A stretch of 64,000 nucleotides of DNA. It comes from a bacterium. GTDB lineage: Bacteria > Zhuqueibacterota > Zhuqueibacteria > Residuimicrobiales > Krinioviventaceae. Under the pieces are notes generated by a model that had not been told where the DNA came from, did not search any database, and saw only the letters and a list, made by a program, of their open reading frames with translations. A program made the translations under genes and the position numbers. Of this stretch, positions 9,749 through 17,777 are shown piece after piece (positions within the stretch are counted from its first letter, which is position 1; every line of letters begins with the position of its first letter). The stretch is taken from assembly GCA_963675755.2 (NCBI GenBank), contig CAXXMD010000003.1, positions 224,001 to 288,000 of the forward strand, read 5' to 3'.

Positions 9749-10852
9749 TTACATCATGTTTTCAAAACAATTGTCATAGTGTTCAATGATATTCTGCCAA
9801 TCAAAAGGCGCAGCAATCTCTCTATAGGTGCTTGTTTTAATCTTTTCAATATTCTCGATTGCATTTTTAACTCTGCTGAATAAATCCTGGTTATCAGTAT
9901 ATATAATTTCATTACGGAACGATTCCGGGACCAATTCCGGATAAGAGAGTCGGTCAGGCAACAGTGGAAAACATCCACAATAGACAGCTTCCATAACACT
10001 GGCGCCAAAAAAATCATGAAATGAAGTAACCGGAAGAATATCTGCCTGCCATAACCAGTGAGCATAATCCTCAAATGACTCTACAAATCCCATATGCACA
10101 ATTTTATCCCGTAACCGTTCTTTTGCCTTGTTGAATATTTCAGGATTCTTGCTAAAATTCTCACCCAGTACTGCAACATTAAAATCGAAACCCGCGTTAT
10201 CAAGATCAAACAAGCACTTAAAAAAATCTTCCGGATTTTTATCAAATTCCCAGCGGTGGTTCCACAAGATCAAGGGTTTATCTTTGCTAAAATCATCAGG
10301 CCTGTATGCATCAAATTTCTGCAGATCAAGACCCAGAGATAACACCTCTGCTTTTACTTTAATCACATCAATACTGCCCATTTCATTATAATCCGGAAAA
10401 TGTTTAAGGAATCGTGGCAATTCTGCCAAAAAACTGTCACAATTAAACCGCGAATTAAAAAATACACGATCAGCGGCAAGAGCTGAAGCATAATTGATGA
10501 ATCCATAGTGCCGGTCCCGTTTGTATTTCACATCCCTGTCATAGGGAGACCACGGGTAAACCAGCTGGTTTTCGTGACAATACAATGCTACCGGAATGTC
10601 GGTAGTTTGTTTGCGGGTCAGAGCCAAAAAAGTTGAAAGGTCAAGCATATCTGTTGCGATTATGAGATCGGGTTTCAACTTTTGCTCCAAAAATTGACGT
10701 GCAAGGGTAACTGCGCCACCATGCATTCGCCATTTCCAGAACTGCCCCTTCATTGACAGAATGTCAATCTTGTGCGAACTGTATTGCTGCAGACCGTTGG
10801 CCCAGTCTGCATGAGAGCCGGTAAAATAGGGTTCAATGAGTAAAATATCCAA
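9749..10852 (-). CDS. DUF3524-containing GT-B glycosyltransferase (GTDC1/QTMAN-like)
   Basis: EPYFTGSH, FWKWRMHG, HENQLVYP and WNHRWEFDKNP motifs. Start placed at TTG 10852 behind AGGA, because homology begins at DILLIEP. Confidence 0.85.
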   Translation of the reverse strand: MDILLIEPYFTGSHADWANGLQQYSSHKIDILSMKGQFWKWRMHGGAVTLARQFLEQKLKPDLIIATDMLDLSTFLALTRKQTTDIPVALYCHENQLVYPWSPYDRDVKYKRDRHYGFINYASALAADRVFFNSRFNCDSFLAELPRFLKHFPDYNEMGSIDVIKVKAEVLSLGLDLQKFDAYRPDDFSKDKPLILWNHRWEFDKNPEDFFKCLFDLDNAGFDFNVAVLGENFSKNPEIFNKAKERLRDKIVHMGFVESFEDYAHWLWQADILPVTSFHDFFGASVMEAVYCGCFPLLPDRLSYPELVPESFRNEIIYTDNQDLFSRVKNAIENIEKIKTSTYREIAAPFDWQNIIEHYDNCFENMM

Positions 10853-11118
10853 AATCAATCCTGAAAAAATTTTAAAATCCATAGTAAGGTATATAACATA
10901 GAGTATTAAAAACAAAAATCAAAGTCTGATTTAATTTTTTTTAATTATCTGGCATTTTTTTAATCCCAGATAATACGTATAAATCCAATTGGTTACGAAT
11001 TTAGGAATAACAATAAATCCCTTCGTGTTATAAAAGCCGAATTCGGAGGTGCTATTTTCAAAATGAAATATTTTACAGAAATAACTGTTTATTAACAGAT
11101 TATTTTTCTCCAAAGCAC

Positions 11119-11132
11119 TTGAACCGGTTCAA
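11119..11132. promoter_or_regulatory. Perfect 14-bp palindrome, LacI-family-like operator
   Basis: TTGAACCGGTTCAA, 56 bp upstream of the pntA start in the divergent intergenic region. Confidence 0.4.
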
Positions 11133-11188
11133 ATTCTTTATAAACAATTACACAGAATCATAAACCATAGATTCGACAAGGAGTTATA

Positions 11189-12340
11189 ATGAAAATCGCA
11201 GTCCCCAAAGAGATCCTTCCCGGCGAAGAGCGGGTAGCCCTTGTTCCCGCTGTTGTCGGAAAATTGGTAAAATCGGAATACGATGTTGCTGTCGAAACCG
11301 GAGCCGGTACAGCGTCTGGTTATACGGACGAGCAATATAAAGAAGCAGGTGCTTCTATTGCCAACTCTGTATCCGAGCTGTATAACGGGGCCAATGTTAT
11401 ACTCAAAGTTCGCCCACCGGTAGAACATCCAACAGAAAAGAAACATGAAGCCGAGCTCATGCCGGACGGTTCTTTGTTGATCAGCTTTTTAGAGATTCTC
11501 AGGAATCCCGCAATTGCAGAAACGTTGGCAAAAAACAAGGTCAATTCCTTGAGCATGGATACAGTCCCTCGTATCAGCCGCGCCCAAAGTATGGATGCGC
11601 TGTCTTCACAGGCATCAGCAGCCGGTTATAAAGCCGTATTGATCGCCGCTGAAAACTCGCACAAATTCTTTCCCATGCTTACAACCGCAGCAGGTACTAT
11701 CCCTCCTGCCAAAGTTTTTGTCATTGGTGCAGGTGTTGCCGGTTTACAGGCCATTGCTACAGCTAAACGCCTGGGTGCCACCGTAGAAGGATTTGATATT
11801 CGTCCTGCAGCCAAAGGCGAAGTGGAAAGTCTGGGTGCCAAATTCGTAGAGGTAGACCTGGGAGAATCCACAGAAGCAGGCGGCGGCTATGCCAAAGAAG
11901 TGTCTGAAGAAGCCAAAAAGAAAGAACATGAAGCAGTACATAAACATGTAGCCATGTCTGATATTGTCATCACAACTGCTGCGGTGCCCGGTAAAAAAGC
12001 GCCCTTGCTGGTTACAACAGATATGGTTAAAGATATGAAACCCGGCAGCGTCATCGTTGATATGGCAGTTGAACAGGGAGGAAATGTTGAAGGTTCAAAA
12101 CCCGGTGAAATAGTTGACTTGAATGGTGTAAACATTATTGGGCCGGTGAACCTGCCTAGCAAAATGTCAATTCATACAAGCATGATGTATGCTAAAAATA
12201 TAACGTCGTTGTTAAACCTGCTCCTCAAAGAAGGAGAGGTTGTATTTGACTTTGAAGATGAAATCATCAAAGACAGTTGTATAACCCATAACGGCGATAT
12301 AGTTCACGAACAAACCAGACAGTTATTATCAAATGCATAA
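11189..12340 (+). CDS. pntA: NAD(P) transhydrogenase subunit alpha, part 1
   Basis: PKEILPGEERVALVP, PRISRAQSMDALSSQ, GAGVAGLQAIATAKRLGA. Confidence 0.96.
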   Translation: MKIAVPKEILPGEERVALVPAVVGKLVKSEYDVAVETGAGTASGYTDEQYKEAGASIANSVSELYNGANVILKVRPPVEHPTEKKHEAELMPDGSLLISFLEILRNPAIAETLAKNKVNSLSMDTVPRISRAQSMDALSSQASAAGYKAVLIAAENSHKFFPMLTTAAGTIPPAKVFVIGAGVAGLQAIATAKRLGATVEGFDIRPAAKGEVESLGAKFVEVDLGESTEAGGGYAKEVSEEAKKKEHEAVHKHVAMSDIVITTAAVPGKKAPLLVTTDMVKDMKPGSVIVDMAVEQGGNVEGSKPGEIVDLNGVNIIGPVNLPSKMSIHTSMMYAKNITSLLNLLLKEGEVVFDFEDEIIKDSCITHNGDIVHEQTRQLLSNA

Positions 12341-12354
12341 GAAAGGAAAGTTGT

Positions 12355-12639
12355 ATGCCTGAACAATTATTAATGGGTATAACCGTTTTTGTGTTAGCCA
12401 TGTTTGTCGGCTTTGAAGTTATAACCAAAGTGCCGCCAACGTTGCATACACCACTCATGTCTGGTGCAAATGCAATTTCCGGTATTGCCATTATTGGCGC
12501 GCTGTTGGTTACAGGCCGCACAGATTTTTATCTTGAACTTGTACTAGGTGTAGTTGCTGTTGTTTTTGCCACCATAAATGTTGTAGGTGGTTTTCTAGTC
12601 ACAGACCGAATGTTGCAAATGTTTAAAAAGAAAAAGTGA
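12355..12639 (+). CDS. NAD(P) transhydrogenase subunit alpha, part 2 (membrane)
   Basis: VPPTLHTPLMSGANAISG; GGFLVTDRMLQMF. Confidence 0.95.
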   Translation: MPEQLLMGITVFVLAMFVGFEVITKVPPTLHTPLMSGANAISGIAIIGALLVTGRTDFYLELVLGVVAVVFATINVVGGFLVTDRMLQMFKKKK

Positions 12640-12649
12640 GAAATAAATT

Positions 12650-14050
12650 ATGGATGGTTTATCAACGTTTATTACCCTGTCCTATTTGTTATCAGCTGCG
12701 CTGTTCATATTAGGACTCAAGTATATGAGTTCTCCGGCAAGTGCCCGCCGGGGAAACCTGTTGGCCGCAATTGCCATGTTTATTGCGATTGTTGTAACTT
12801 TGCTCGATCGGCAAATCCTTAGCTACTCGTGGATCATTGTCGGTATCATTATTGGTTCAGTCATTGGCGCTGTTGCTGCCCGTCTGGTAAAAATGACTGC
12901 AATGCCAGAAATGGTAGGTATTTTTAATGGATTTGGTGGTGGTGCCTCTGCACTGGTAGCTATTGCTGAATTTATTCGCTTGACCGCAGAGCCCAACCCG
13001 GTAATTCCTATGGATATTTCCATTACCACAATCCTGGGTGTTATCATTGGTGGTATTACCTTTAGCGGCAGTTTTATTGCCTGGGGTAAACTGGCAGGCT
13101 TTATATCTGGTTCTCCCATTACTTTTCCATTACAAAAAGTGGTCAGCTCATTGGTAATGGCTGCTGCGGTTGTCATTTCCGTTTATATTATTGGCTGGGT
13201 ACCAGACATTGTATTGTTTTATGTAATTATTGGTTTATCTCTACTCTATGGTGTACTCTTGGTTATCCCAATCGGTGGTGCAGATATGCCGGTTGTGGTT
13301 TCACTATTAAACTCTTTTTCAGGTCTGGCAGCCTGTGCAGCAGGATTTGTAGTGGGTAACAATATTCTCATCATTGCGGGTTCCCTTGTTGGTTCCGCAG
13401 GTTTAATATTAACCCAGATCATGTGTAAAGCCATGAACCGTTCACTTACCAATGTACTCTTTAGCGCATTTGGTACAGGTGACATGGCCGCAGGCAGTAC
13501 CGAAGCAGGCGGCGACAAGTCAGCTCACTCGGTTGATGCTGAAGAGGCGTCTATGGTCATTGGCTATGCTCAGTCTGTTATTATTGTACCGGGCTATGGT
13601 ATGGCTGCTGCCCAGGCACAACACGCAGTACGTGAACTTACAGAGCTTCTTGAAAGCCGGGGCGTTGAAGTAAAATTTGCCGTTCACCCGGTTGCCGGTC
13701 GTATGCCGGGGCATATGAATGTATTACTGGCAGAAGCAAATGTTCCTTATAATTTGCTGCATGACATGGATGATATCAATCCGGAATTCCCGCATACAGA
13801 TGTTGTGCTGGTTATTGGCGCGAATGACGTTATCAATCCCGCAGCGCGCGAAGACAAGTCCAGTCCCATTTATGGAATGCCAATCCTGGATGTAGACAAG
13901 GCCCGTAATGTAATCATTATCAAGCGTAGTCTAAACCCGGGGTTTGCCGGTATTGATAATGAATTATTTTACGCTCCTAAAACACTCATGTTTTTTGGCG
14001 GTGCCCGTCAGGCAGTTCAGGAAATTGTAAGCGAAGTCAAAAAATTATAA
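12650..14050 (+). CDS. pntB: NAD(P) transhydrogenase subunit beta
   Basis: IGGADMPVVVSLLNS, HPVAGRMPGHMNVLLAEA, GANDVINPAA. Confidence 0.96.
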   Translation: MDGLSTFITLSYLLSAALFILGLKYMSSPASARRGNLLAAIAMFIAIVVTLLDRQILSYSWIIVGIIIGSVIGAVAARLVKMTAMPEMVGIFNGFGGGASALVAIAEFIRLTAEPNPVIPMDISITTILGVIIGGITFSGSFIAWGKLAGFISGSPITFPLQKVVSSLVMAAAVVISVYIIGWVPDIVLFYVIIGLSLLYGVLLVIPIGGADMPVVVSLLNSFSGLAACAAGFVVGNNILIIAGSLVGSAGLILTQIMCKAMNRSLTNVLFSAFGTGDMAAGSTEAGGDKSAHSVDAEEASMVIGYAQSVIIVPGYGMAAAQAQHAVRELTELLESRGVEVKFAVHPVAGRMPGHMNVLLAEANVPYNLLHDMDDINPEFPHTDVVLVIGANDVINPAAREDKSSPIYGMPILDVDKARNVIIIKRSLNPGFAGIDNELFYAPKTLMFFGGARQAVQEIVSEVKKL

Positions 14051-14076
14051 ATCCTTTCTTTACACTACCCAACTCG

Positions 14077-14105
14077 AAAAAAGCCGGCCTTGCCCGGCTT
14101 TTTTT
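14077..14105 (+). terminator. Rho-independent terminator after pntB
   Basis: AAAAAAGCCGG-loop-CCGGCTTTTTTT. Confidence 0.85.
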
Positions 14106-14116
14106 CTGCCACAAAA

Positions 14117-14144
14117 TGACAAAATGTCGTGCGACATTTTGTCA
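14117..14144. promoter_or_regulatory. Inverted repeat, candidate activator site upstream of hsp20
   Basis: TGACAAAATGTCG-TG-CGACATTTTGTCA, perfect 13-bp arms. Confidence 0.5.
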
Positions 14145-14251
14145 AAAGCACGTCTATTTGTCTTAAAGTCTGCCACCACCAAAACACCATAAAAAATTCA
14201 AAATAGCCATAAACTATTATTTAATATACACTTATCATATTGTTAGATTTT

Positions 14252-14268
14252 TTGGCACGCGAGTTGTA
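14252..14268 (+). promoter_or_regulatory. Sigma-54 (-24/-12)-like promoter of hsp20
   Basis: TTGGCACG-CGAG-TTGT against consensus TGGCACG-N4-TTGC (one mismatch); an overlapping TATAAT is also present. Confidence 0.55.
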
Positions 14269-14321
14269 TAATACCGAGTAGAAAACGAAATAAAAATAAT
14301 ATCAATATAAAGGAGAACATT

Positions 14322-14759
14322 ATGTATCTAGTAAGACGTAACAACCCGGCAAACACTTTTCCACGCAACTTTGATCGTTTCTTTGAAGATTTTTGGAATG
14401 CACCCGCAGCACGTGATTACGATCAGGATTCTGTAGTTTGGTCACCACGCGTAGATGTCAAAGAAACCAAAGATGCATATGAAGTTCTGGCTGATTTGCC
14501 AGGCTTGAAAAAAGAAGATATTTCTATTTCTCTTCACAACGATGTTTTGACTCTAAAAGGTGAACGGAAATACGAAGATAAAAAAGAAGATGAAAACAGC
14601 TATTATGCTGAACGTTCATATGGAAGCTTTTGCAGATCTTTCCAATTGCCTGCAAAAGTAAATACAGATAGTGTAAATGCAGAATACAAAGATGGTGTTT
14701 TGCACTTGTCAATCCCCAAAGCTGAAGAAGCTAAACCCCGCGATATTCAAATCAAATAA
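14322..14759 (+). CDS. Hsp20/alpha-crystallin small heat shock protein
   Basis: WSPRVDVKET, ERSYGSFCRSFQLP, AEYKDGVLHLSIPK, C-terminal IQI motif; AAGGAG RBS. Confidence 0.96.
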   Translation: MYLVRRNNPANTFPRNFDRFFEDFWNAPAARDYDQDSVVWSPRVDVKETKDAYEVLADLPGLKKEDISISLHNDVLTLKGERKYEDKKEDENSYYAERSYGSFCRSFQLPAKVNTDSVNAEYKDGVLHLSIPKAEEAKPRDIQIK

Positions 14760-14763
14760 CCTC

Positions 14764-14790
14764 AAGCCCCCGAAAGGGGGCTTTTTTTTT
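14764..14790 (+). terminator. Rho-independent terminator after hsp20
   Basis: AAGCCCCC-GAAA-GGGGGCTT followed by a long T-run. Confidence 0.92.
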
Positions 14791-14820
14791 GCACAATACT
14801 CTTAAAAAAACACTTTTTTT

Positions 14821-14850
14821 TTGAATCCTTTTACATCATACTTCATCAAA
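14821..14850 (+). promoter_or_regulatory. Candidate ECF sigma promoter of the SQR operon
   Basis: TTGAATC-N15-TCATCAAA; same motif and spacing as 58276..58305 on the minus strand. Confidence 0.5.
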
Positions 14851-14862
14851 CTATATAGGAAC

Positions 14863-14880
14863 CTGTAAAATAATTCACAG
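14863..14880. promoter_or_regulatory. Rex-like operator
   Basis: CTGTAAAATAATTCACAG, an imperfect 18-bp palindrome resembling TTGTGAA-N4-TTCACAA, between the promoter candidate and the RBS. Confidence 0.45.
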
Positions 14881-14907
14881 CTTTTTCAGATCAACTGAGA
14901 GGTCGTT

Positions 14908-16137
14908 ATGAAAAAAGTGTTAATTTTAGGTGCCGGAACTGCCGGTACAATTATGGCGAACAAACTGAGTCAGCATCTACCATTAGATCAATGGGAAATC
15001 ACCATCGTTGACAAGGAAGAAAATCACTATTATCAACCCGGTTTTTTATTTATACCCTTTAACATATACACACGCAATGATGTTATTAAACCCAAACGAG
15101 ATTATTTACCATCAAACGTTATTGTTGAAATGTCAGGAATTGAGGTCATTGAGCCAGAGAATAATCGTGTAAAACTCACGAACAACAAAGTTCTGGGTTA
15201 CGACTATCTCATTATCGCAACCGGTTCGAACGTCCACCCTGAAGAAACTGAAGGTTTAAAAAACGGCAAATGGAATGAAAATATATTTGAATTTTACACA
15301 CTGGACGGTTCGTGCCATTTACAAAAAGCGCTTAAACATTGGGAAGGCGGCAGACTTGCAGTAAATATTGTAGAAATGCCAATTAAATGCCCTGTAGCTC
15401 CACTCGAATTTTTGTTCCTTGCCGACTGGTGGTTTACCGAAAAAGGAATTCGTGATAAAGTGGATCTGACTTTTGTCACCCCCATGCCCGGTGCTTTTAC
15501 AAAACCAAAGGCATCTCAAATTTTAAATTCTTTTCTGGACAAGAAAAATATAAACCTGGTGTCTGAATTCAGTACCGGGTCTGTAAATGCAGATAAAAAT
15601 AAATTAACATCATGGGACGAGCGTGAAGTTGAATACGACTTGCTGGTAACGGTCCCCACCAATATGGGTGACGATTTAATAGCGCGTTCCGATATGGGTG
15701 ACGATTTAAACTTTGTACCCACTAACAAACATACACTGCAATCCAATGATTATGAAAATATTTTCGTCATTGGAGACGCAACAGACCTGCCAAGTTCAAA
15801 AGCTGGTTCCGTTGCGCATTTCCAGGCAGATGTTTTAACAGAAAACTTTATGAGACATATAGATGGTCTCCCCCTTCTTGAAGATTTTGATGGTCACGCC
15901 AACTGTTTTATTGAATCCGGATTTGGTAAAGGCTTGTTAATTGATTTTAATTATGATGTAGAACCCCTGCCAGGCAAATTCCCCTTGCCCGGTGTTGGTC
16001 CTTTTTCACTGTTGCAGGAAACCCAAATGAACCACTGGGGCAAAATGATGTTTAGATGGATTTACTGGAATTTATTACTCAAAGGTTCTGAACTCCCCAT
16101 ACAGGCACAGATGCAAATGGCCGGGAAAAAGGGTTAG
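14908..16137 (+). CDS. sqr: Sulfide:quinone oxidoreductase (type III-like flavoprotein)
   Basis: GAGTAG FAD motif, HYYQPGFLF, MPIKCPVAPLEF, FDGHANCFIESG. Confidence 0.88.
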   Translation: MKKVLILGAGTAGTIMANKLSQHLPLDQWEITIVDKEENHYYQPGFLFIPFNIYTRNDVIKPKRDYLPSNVIVEMSGIEVIEPENNRVKLTNNKVLGYDYLIIATGSNVHPEETEGLKNGKWNENIFEFYTLDGSCHLQKALKHWEGGRLAVNIVEMPIKCPVAPLEFLFLADWWFTEKGIRDKVDLTFVTPMPGAFTKPKASQILNSFLDKKNINLVSEFSTGSVNADKNKLTSWDEREVEYDLLVTVPTNMGDDLIARSDMGDDLNFVPTNKHTLQSNDYENIFVIGDATDLPSSKAGSVAHFQADVLTENFMRHIDGLPLLEDFDGHANCFIESGFGKGLLIDFNYDVEPLPGKFPLPGVGPFSLLQETQMNHWGKMMFRWIYWNLLLKGSELPIQAQMQMAGKKG

Positions 16138-16146
16138 GGGGCTATT

Positions 16147-16797
16147 ATGGATAAAGATTTGGAAATTCTGAACCAAAAGCTGGACCATATTACTGAACGC
16201 CTGGAAGAGACTGCCAGACGTCAAAAAGAGTTCAAAGAGTTGCAGCATGATTTAACGCCAATCGTGTCCGATCTCTATCAATCCGTTGTAATGGAGCTGG
16301 ATCAGCTTTCTCCTTATTTTACTTATGAAGACATGCTGTATCTGGTCAAAAAACTTGTTCGTAACACCCGCAATATTACAGCTATGGTAGAACAGATGGA
16401 AAATATTTCAGATTTTGTTAAAGATGCAATGCCTCTTTCCAAGCCCTTGTTCCAAACAACGCTCGAAAACCTGAACACTCTGGAGCAAAAAGGTTATTTT
16501 ACACTAGGTCAACAACTATTACAAATAACAGACAAACTCGTAACTTCCTTTGATCCAAAAGAAATTGACAATATGGCTCAAAACATGGATGTCTATATTG
16601 ATCTTTTGAAAAAAGTATCACCAGACAAAATGACTGATAAAGTACAAGAGGCAGTAAAAGCTTATGACTCTGCAAAAGAAGCCAAACCTGCATCCTGGTT
16701 CAAGATACTAAAAGAGTTAAATGATCCCAATGTTAGACGAGAAATTTTCGCATTTATTTCATCGTTTAAAGTGTTAACAAAAGAGTCTCACAATTAA
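16147..16797 (+). CDS. DUF1641-like helical protein
   Basis: C-terminal SWFKILKELNDPNVRR pattern; usual position directly downstream of type III SQR. Confidence 0.7.
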   Translation: MDKDLEILNQKLDHITERLEETARRQKEFKELQHDLTPIVSDLYQSVVMELDQLSPYFTYEDMLYLVKKLVRNTRNITAMVEQMENISDFVKDAMPLSKPLFQTTLENLNTLEQKGYFTLGQQLLQITDKLVTSFDPKEIDNMAQNMDVYIDLLKKVSPDKMTDKVQEAVKAYDSAKEAKPASWFKILKELNDPNVRREIFAFISSFKVLTKESHN

Positions 16798-16818
16798 TTA
16801 TAAATGGAGGTATTCACT

Positions 16819-17136
16819 ATGCCGGTTAAACAAATAGCAGGGGTTCAGGTCGACCTTGATGATGAAGGATTCATGATCAATCCCGATCAATGGACTAGAG
16901 AAATAGCCGTTGAACTTGCAAAAGAAGAAGGTATAGATACTCTCACAGACGGTCACTGGAAAATCATTGATTTTGTAAGAAAAGATTCCAAAGAAAAAGG
17001 TCAAATACCTACAATACGCAGAATGAAAAACATAGGTGGCATAGCGACCAAAGATCTTTACGATCTTTTTCCGCAAGGTCCGGCAAAGAAATCTGCAAAA
17101 ATTGCAGGCTATCCTAAACCCAAGGGCTGTGTATAA
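16819..17136 (+). CDS. TusE/DsrC-family sulfur relay protein (single C-terminal Cys)
   Basis: DDEGFM...W, LTDGHWKIIDFVR, LFPQGPAK, PKPKGCV. Start at ATG 16819 behind GGAGG. Confidence 0.92.
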   Translation: MPVKQIAGVQVDLDDEGFMINPDQWTREIAVELAKEEGIDTLTDGHWKIIDFVRKDSKEKGQIPTIRRMKNIGGIATKDLYDLFPQGPAKKSAKIAGYPKPKGCV

Positions 17137-17151
17137 ACAAGGAGACGTTTA

Positions 17152-17631
17152 ATGGCTGATAACGAAAAGTCAAGAATAGAAAAAGTATCGATTGTGATCT
17201 CCCGTGGCTCACTTGATGGAGTTTATCCGGGATTGATTATGGCTAATGGTGCCCGTATGGAAGGTATTGATGCAACAATCTTTTTTACATTCTTTGGGCT
17301 GGAAGCCATTATGAAAAAACGTGCAGACAAACTCAAAGTATCAACTGTAGGGAATCCGGCAATGCACATGCCTACTATGGTTGGAATGCTGCCGGGAATG
17401 TCATCATTTGCAACGAGCATGATGAAAAAAGAAATGGATAAACTGGATATTCCCCCGGTAGGAGAATTTATTGAAATGATCTCTGATACCGGTGCAGATC
17501 TGTTTGCCTGTAAAGCAACCGTAGATATGTTCCATCTTTCAATTGATGACTTTCTCCCCCAGGTTGATGGAATTATCAATGTAGGAGAGTTTTACGAACG
17601 TTCTGCCAACGCGCAGATCATTTTTACATAA
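17152..17631 (+). CDS. DsrE2/DsrE/DsrF-like sulfurtransferase/peroxiredoxin-family protein
   Basis: SRGSLDGVYPGLIMANGA, FFTFFGL, LFACKATVDMF. Confidence 0.88.
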   Translation: MADNEKSRIEKVSIVISRGSLDGVYPGLIMANGARMEGIDATIFFTFFGLEAIMKKRADKLKVSTVGNPAMHMPTMVGMLPGMSSFATSMMKKEMDKLDIPPVGEFIEMISDTGADLFACKATVDMFHLSIDDFLPQVDGIINVGEFYERSANAQIIFT

Positions 17632-17633
17632 TC

Positions 17634-17668
17634 AAATGCGGGATGTATTTTCATCCCGCATTTTTTTT
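17634..17668 (+). terminator. Rho-independent terminator
   Basis: AAATGCGGGATG / CATCCCGCATTT followed by a T-run. Confidence 0.85.
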
Positions 17669-17777
17669 GCAATATTGTATTGTTTTTTGTAACTTTACTT
17701 ACTTGCCAAAACTGTTTTCTAAAAATTTACAATTTCAAAAATATGACAAACTAAAGTTAAACGAGTACGGAACGAAA

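Noticed and set aside
15662-15709. 18-bp direct repeat ATATGGGTGACGATTTAA x2 inside sqr
   Set aside because: Only two in-frame copies encoding MGDDL; not a CRISPR or target-site duplication.
16819-17136. DsrC as evidence of dissimilatory sulfite reduction
   Set aside because: It has only the terminal Cys (SAKIAGYPKPKGCV, Ala where DsrC has its second Cys), and no dsrAB/dsrMK is in the window, so it is TusE-like.
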